From Octopus vulgaris (lineage: Eukaryota): a DNA stretch of 64,000 bases. Below are positions 57,410-64,000 of this stretch, piece by piece. The position numbers were made by a program, and so were the translations under genes. The stretch spans positions 2,666,001-2,730,000 of the forward strand of contig OX597835.1 in the NCBI GenBank assembly GCA_951406725.2, read 5' to 3'. Below the pieces are notes generated by a model. That model was not told the origin of the DNA. It saw nothing but the letters and a program-made list of their open reading frames with translations, and did not search any database. The first letter of the stretch is position 1. Each line of letters starts with the position of its first letter.

Positions 57410-57929
57410 TAAATGAAAGAATGGAGTTGAACGAAGATGTTAACAAAATTCCTTTACTCTCGACACATGTTTCGAAGACAGCATGTTTTCATTCCAAAGG
57501 AATAAGGGGTGCATTATGCAATATTCTCATCAGGAAAGAAAGGGAGCCTCTCTCGACAACAAGACAAACAAAACTTTCGATTATTGCCTACATGGTAAAC
57601 AAAGCGATAATGAATTTAAAAAAAAAACCCGTTAGAAGAATTGACGTCAAAAATAGATAGTAGGAAGAGAAGGGATTAAGTAATAATAGGTAGGGAACAA
57701 GTGGAGAGGGAAGGGTACGTTGATTGAAAGAATGCCCGAAGGCTTAGGAAAGAATTTCTCTATAGAAGTGGGGTGGACGTAAAGCTAATTGTTCAAACCA
57801 CAGTGACTATCGTTATCATTTATATGAGTAGAAAGTGTGTTTCTGCCAGTGTTTACATTTGTATGATTTTTCTATGAGTGTGTTTACTAGGGGAACACAC
57901 TCATAGAAAAATCATACAAATGTAAACAC
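57410..57929 (-). mobile_element. PLE 3' fragment with hammerhead and terminal fold-back
   Basis: Paralogous to 41355-41670. Ends in a 36-bp perfect inverted repeat (57849-57929). Confidence 0.65.
57457..57538 (-). ncRNA. Type I hammerhead ribozyme
   Basis: CTTTC-CTGATGA-GAATATTGCAT-[loop]-ATGCTGTCTTC-GAAA-CATGTG-TC|GAGAG. Confidence 0.8.
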
Positions 57930-59052
57930 AACCGTGTGTGTAGGTGTGTTTGTGTATGCGTGTATAGCTGTGTGTGCGAGTGTGATTGACTGACATACAT
58001 ACATGTGGTGTGTGCTGCCGTGGACCCACGAGTATGATTAATAACGTGTGCGTCTGTATGTCTTTGCATTGATTTAAACGTATGAATGTGCGCGTCTGTT
58101 TGCCTGTGCGTCTGTCTAACTGTTAGAATCTTTCAATACAGCGAAATTAAGATGTAAATCTCCCACCTTAAAACCTTATTATCTCACCTGAGGTGTCATC
58201 TATGCACCGTGCGTTGCATCTGGTGTTATTGTGTCATTCCATGGCCACAAGGGCGCACGCACGTACGTACATACATACAAGGGAGTAAGTTCGATGTAGC
58301 AGTGGCAAAGGGATATTTTCTAAAAGTGGGTTTCCAACATGTTTGTTATGAATTGCGGGTGTTTTGCGGTGATAATATGAGACATAAGAAGAAAGTGTTT
58401 TCCATCTGAAATTGATTGCTTTACGCTTTGAGGTACTATATATAATTTGAAAGAGACTATCGTGGCTTCGGTTTTGATTATGAAAAGTGTAAGAACACTG
58501 CTGGCAACTGAAGCTGCTGAGACTCATACTCAAACCAATATATGATAGATGAGTTGTTTGTTTTACGTAGCCATGTATACAGTGTGAGGAATTTTATACA
58601 CACCGTAGCGTGGACAATTATTTGAATTAATGCAGTTGGAATTGTTTAAGAATAGCCAAGTTTATTGGATTAGTTTGCAAGTAGCAACATTTTGCACAAT
58701 GTTATATGTTGTTATATATTTCTACTAAATTTTTATCGAATAATTTATGGCATTTATTGAAGAAAATATTTATTCAACAAAATGAGGAATATTTATGTGT
58801 CTGTTTCGAGTTTAGATATTACGTGTATGAAGCGAGACTCTTTTGGTCTTTCTCTTGTTTTCTTTTCGGTTATTTGCCATTCTTCATATGTTGCATTTCC
58901 TCTTGAAATCTAATTTGGATGAGAGTAACATTCCTGTAAGACATTGAAAATTCGTTGGTTTGCTGCAAGGTCACATTGCCGCAGGAAAACATTTCAGTTG
59001 AATTATATATACATATTTATATACATGCAGACCCAAAACATCCCCATTACTC

Positions 59053-59106
<54 letters not shown>

Positions 59107-59115
59107 ATATCAACA

Positions 59116-59210
<95 letters not shown>

Positions 59211-59216
59211 ATATAC

Positions 59217-59266
<50 letters not shown>

Positions 59267-59272
<6 letters not shown>

Positions 59273-59398
59273 TTTATAGAAGGAGCTTCTACAGGACTAG
59301 AACTGTTTCATTCAAAAGAAATCGTCAGGAAGCTTCCTGATGATTTCTTTTGAATGAAACAGTTCTAGTCCTGTAGAAGCTCCTTCTATAAAATAAAT
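59267..59398. repeat. 132-bp palindrome with a hammerhead-like motif on each strand
   Basis: Centre 59332/59333, no spacer, a single mismatch (59324 G / 59341 T). Confidence 0.9.
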
Positions 59399-59481
59399 TA
59401 ATTTACTCTGCTATGTATTGAGTACCTTATTTACTGTGGTTAACCCCGACTCAACCCGGGACCTACATATATATATATATA

Positions 59482-59515
<34 letters not shown>

Positions 59516-59553
59516 CAAGCGTATATGTATATGTATATACATATATAAATGTA

Positions 59554-60575
59554 CCAGGTGGTACTCAAAAGTAATCGGAAACGTTTTCTGTGGGACTAGC
59601 CTATTGTAGTCCAGGCTTCCGCTGTTAAAAGCCACTTGATGTGACCAACCTCATACAGAGCTCTCCTCCACCTCCCGAACGAATGAAAACATCACGAAAA
59701 TCGTGAACTCATATTGGAGGACGATCGTCAAACAATTGACAAGCTTGTTGATATAATTGGTGTGTCCTGGAGATCCTGCGAACGAATTTTGCGCGAGGAA
59801 TTGCGAATGGAACGAGTTGCAGCAAAATTTGAACCTCGCTTGCTCAAGAAAGGTAAAAAGCAGTTACAACTTTTGATCCTTCAACTGAAAGAACAGTTGG
59901 AAGTCGATCCGGACTTTTATTCAAAGGTTTTCACTGGTGACCGAAAGCTGGTGCCAAAGCTACGACCCGTAAGCGAAGCAGTAATCAAGCCAATAGAAGA
60001 ATTTAATGTAACAACGCTCACCAAAAACAAGAAAAACACCCCACATCGAGTGCTGTCCAATATCAAGACGGTGCTGATTTGTTTCGTCGAAGCGAAAGGA
60101 ATTGTCCGCATAGAAATTGTTCCTACCGGTCAAACTGTTAACCAGACAACTTACTTGAAAGTTCTGAAGCATTTGCGGGACGCAGTGAGACGGAAACATC
60201 CCGATCAGAAGCAAAGTGTGTGGAGAGTGGTAGTTTCATCACGAGAATGGACCTGCGCCGCACACCGCCTTTAGTGTGAGACAGTTTTTGACTAAAAGTG
60301 GCATGAAGCCGCTTACCTACCCCCCCCCCCCTGCAACATTTTTTTGTTCCCTTGAATGAAAACAGTCCTTAAAAGAAAACGTTTTGCAGATGAGGAGTTG
60401 GTGAAGAAAAACAAAAAAGGAAGTCGGCGTTGAAAGGTATCTCTTCACAAGAGGTGTGGGACTGCTTCGAACGAAGGAAAACGCGCCTGGACAATACTTT
60501 GAAGGAGATAAAAACATATAAAACTAAGTGAATGAAATAATATTGCAAAACTCCGGTTTTTTTAGTACCCCCTCG
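59554..60575 (+). mobile_element. Mariner (DD34D-type) transposon, internally deleted and frameshifted
   Basis: TA-flanked TIRs CCAGGTGGTACTCAAAAG and rc CGAGGGGGTACTAAAAA. Translation includes RVAAKFEPRLL, VFTGD and KTVLICF..KGIV..EIVPTGQTVNQTTY. Confidence 0.9.
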
Positions 60576-60693
60576 TATGTACACACAAACACACAAACAC
60601 ACACACACTCATATATATATATAAATATATGATAGGCTCCGATTTTCAATACTGCCCAGAGTCACTCGCTTACGATCATCTTCTAGCAATCAT

Positions 60694-60763
<70 letters not shown>

Positions 60764-60769
60764 CGTGTA

Positions 60770-60920
60770 CATCGGGCTTCTTTTAGAGTCTAACTGCTAA
60801 ATCCACCCAGAAGGTTTTGGTGAGCCCTAGATTATAGTAGAAAGCACTTGCCCAAGGTGCCAGACATTGGGAGCGAAACAGAAACCATGTGGTTGAGAAG
60901 AAAACTTATTACCACACACA
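60770..60920 (-). mobile_element. SINE family A 5' half, diverged
   Basis: CACTTGCCCAAGGTGCC...ACCATGTGGTTG. Confidence 0.6.
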
Positions 60921-61410
60921 GTATATATGTATATGTGCGTGTCATTGTACTTTAAAGTAGCAAATTGTTGAGGCTGAACATAACATGTAGGATATTTGTG
61001 TTTGCCAGTTTTTCGCTTCATGTCGGCAAATGTAATAATATATAAGAAGAACGGGACACAAAGTTCAGAAATATTCACTTTCCCGTCCATTTCATTACAT
61101 ATTTCTCTCACTTTCAGTGCCCCCCCACCTCTCTCAATTCCTCTGTCAGTCAAATGCACACAGACATGCCATATACACATACAGATGTTTGTATATAGAT
61201 ACATGAAAGCATATATATATATACATATATATACACAATCACAAAGGCAACAAGTGTTCAATACAGGCGTGCATTAGAAGTTTTTACGATTTTCTTTGTG
61301 TAATTCACGTTTATTGGGCCATTTATTTCGATCTTATTGGTAAGAATTCATCAAGCACGCACATTCACACACACACACACACACACATATATGTATGTAT
61401 GCATAATATA

Positions 61411-61457
<47 letters not shown>

Positions 61458-61929
61458 GTATACATGTATGAACATATATATATATGCAGAGATGTATGTG
61501 TGTATGTATATATATATATAGAGAGAAAGAGAATGAGAGAGAGAGGAGAGGAGAGACAACGAAAGTCGAAAACTAAATGAAAGAAAAATACAAAGCAGGA
61601 GAAGCGATAAGGCAATGGAGAAGAGACTGAAAGCCATGGTCGATGGAGCTGCTTCCATTAGACCATTATATCGTCTTGTGATATTATCGTCTAATCCTCC
61701 AAGACTCATCGATCGATCGATCAATCTTTCAGCTTTTCAGTTCTCCCTTCTCCAGCCTCTCACCCCCCCTCTCTCTCCCTCTTTCTCTCCGCTGTTTTTG
61801 TATTCGTTTTGTTCTTGAAACACATATAAATAAAATAAAATAAAAAATAATCGAATACAAAACGAATCGTTAATGTACAAATAGGACAAATAGGATCCCG
61901 TCTGATAGTTTCGTGAAACAGAATTCGAC

Positions 61930-62003
61930 CACAACAACTACTACTACTACTACTGTTGTTACTACTACTACTACTACTACTGTTGCTACTACTACTACTG
62001 TTG

Positions 62004-62043
<40 letters not shown>

Positions 62044-62117
62044 GACTACTATTACTACTACTGTTGCTACTACTACTACTACTACTACTACTGTTGCTAC
62101 TACTACTACCACTACTA

Positions 62118-62181
<64 letters not shown>

Positions 62182-62267
62182 TACAACTACTACTACTACT
62201 ACTACTACTACTACCACTACTACTACCACCACCACCACCACTACTACCACTACTACTACTACTACTA

Positions 62268-62334
<67 letters not shown>

Positions 62335-62340
62335 CATCAT
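61930..62340. repeat. (CTA)n/(CCA)n array
   Basis: Read directly. Confidence 0.95.
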
Positions 62341-62889
62341 CAGTTACTATTTGTTGGGAAGTAGATCTCGTAGATTGTTCGTCCACCATGCCGTTCTTTC
62401 CTCAACCACAAAAAATAAGTCTTCTTCTTATGACGATGTCAAAGCGTGATAGCTAGACTTACTCAGCCGTTGTTTACGGAGGAGGCATCGTAGTTTCATG
62501 GTTCCCTTTCAATGTTTCTTTGTAGATTCTTGTGCCACGTTTTGTATGCTGTCTTTTATTATTATTGGAGCAAATGCTGCAGCCGCATCTGTTGTCGTAG
62601 TTGTTTATGATCAAGCAAGATGTATGGTCAAAAATGTACCAGTCAATACCAACTCGTCCACTCTTTTCTTTTATACAAGCAACTACAAGATATAATGTAG
62701 ACTTGGCTCTCATTTCGGTAAAAGATCACGTAAATGTTCTCTCGCTGGCTTGTTGGTCACTGCGTAATTGAATACTGTGTATCGACATACTTTTTGTATT
62801 CTGAAGTGTTACCAATATATGGAACGTATGCAAACATTTGTAAATCGGAGAAAATTTACTTAAGAAAAAACAAAAAAACATTCTCTTAC

Positions 62890-63560
62890 AGGGCAGAGTG
62901 ACCTTGGATCTATATGGATTTTTGTTTATATCTTCTTTCAATCAAAGATTCTTCGGATAATTCTTGCTGAAATATATTTCATGCTTCTCACCCAATCTTT
63001 GATTTCAAATGACCTTTTCGATGTCTATTATAATGTATACTTTGCATTATTTATATAACGACTGTAATAGCTGAGTTCTTGTGGCCTATTCTCTGTTTCA
63101 ATCGGAAACTTGCTCAACGATCTCACTTCCTCATTTTTGATGACTTTTATTTCTGTTCTTAAACAAAAGTTCAATGTTTTGCTTTCTTCAGCAATCATTC
63201 TTATATCATTTCTCGCATTTCTTCCAAGAATACACGTTTCTGGTCTGATTGAAGCGTTTATATTTGCTGTTTATTATTATTCTACATTCAAATTTTGCCA
63301 GCATTTGTCCTCACTCATCGTTTTTGTTCTTCAGTCTTTTATGTGATGTATTTTCTTTAATCTACATTTCCCTTGATCTTACTTTGAATTACTCTACTTC
63401 CACTCGTCTTGCGTGCATATAGCATCAGTTCTCTGACTTTCATTAACAACTGCTTTTGTTTCCGCCAAGGAATTTCCATGATAAATAAATGTCTTCGGGA
63501 ATAACAAAATCTCAAGCTTCGTTAGTCGACATGCTATCAATTGGGTGCGGAGAGAATGCC
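62890..63560 (-). mobile_element. Highly decayed Dong/R4-like fragment
   Basis: Remnants SDQKRVF and AEESK resemble the pre-RT region seen at 20290-20410. Confidence 0.35.
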
Positions 63561-64000
63561 TTGTCTAAACATCAAACCTGTAGCACAGAATGCAACTATC
63601 TACCACAGCAGTGTATATTTTTACGATGTCAATGAAACTCGTTGTTCATCGACGGATGCCTTAACTGCAAACATAGAAAATGAGTCAAGAAATATATTCG
63701 CCTCTGATTATCTCATATGTTGGGAAGTAACTTAATAAGGAGTACAAATATTTGCAATGAGGTGCAAATCAACGGAGGAGACGTAGAATAAAATAATGAA
63801 CATTGGTTCGTTATTTTATCGAACCAGGAAGATTTGGACCAATAATATCAAATGCTGTTTCTGTTGCTCCTCAGTCAGAAGTACAAATGTTTATATATAT
63901 ATCGGGTCATCGATTGATTGACTGATTGCAAATGAAATAGATACAAAAATGTAATTTTAATCGGAAAATAATATCGACAATGTCTGTGACGCACACGTTT

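Noticed and set aside
58188-58405. Minus-strand exon candidate (CAG|GTGAGA donor)
   Set aside because: Weak acceptor pyrimidine tract, internal microsatellite and no sustained ORF in the frames checked.

Overview
AT-rich animal genomic DNA dense in microsatellites. The SINE repertoire and the (TA)n/(CA)n/(CATA)n/(TAA)n/(TAC)n load suggest an octopus (coleoid cephalopod) genome; this is inferred from recalled repeat families, not from a search. No convincing host protein-coding gene is present, and almost all long ORFs in the supplied track are microsatellite or low-complexity artefacts. The window contains four tRNA-derived SINE families (about 25 copies) and decayed LINE fragments (Dong/R4-type, L1/Tx1-type, RTE). 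It also has Penelope-like element (PLE) pieces, mariner, maT, hAT and Helitron remnants, a diverged U6 snRNA copy and a promoter-like island near 49.2 kb. Main observations: (1) seven type I hammerhead ribozyme motifs at six loci in PLE-like termini, mostly beside (TA)n tracts, including a 132-bp palindrome with a hammerhead on each strand; (2) a U6 copy joined to a SINE head in an inverted, twin-priming-like arrangement; (3) other inversion or fold-back insertion scars.
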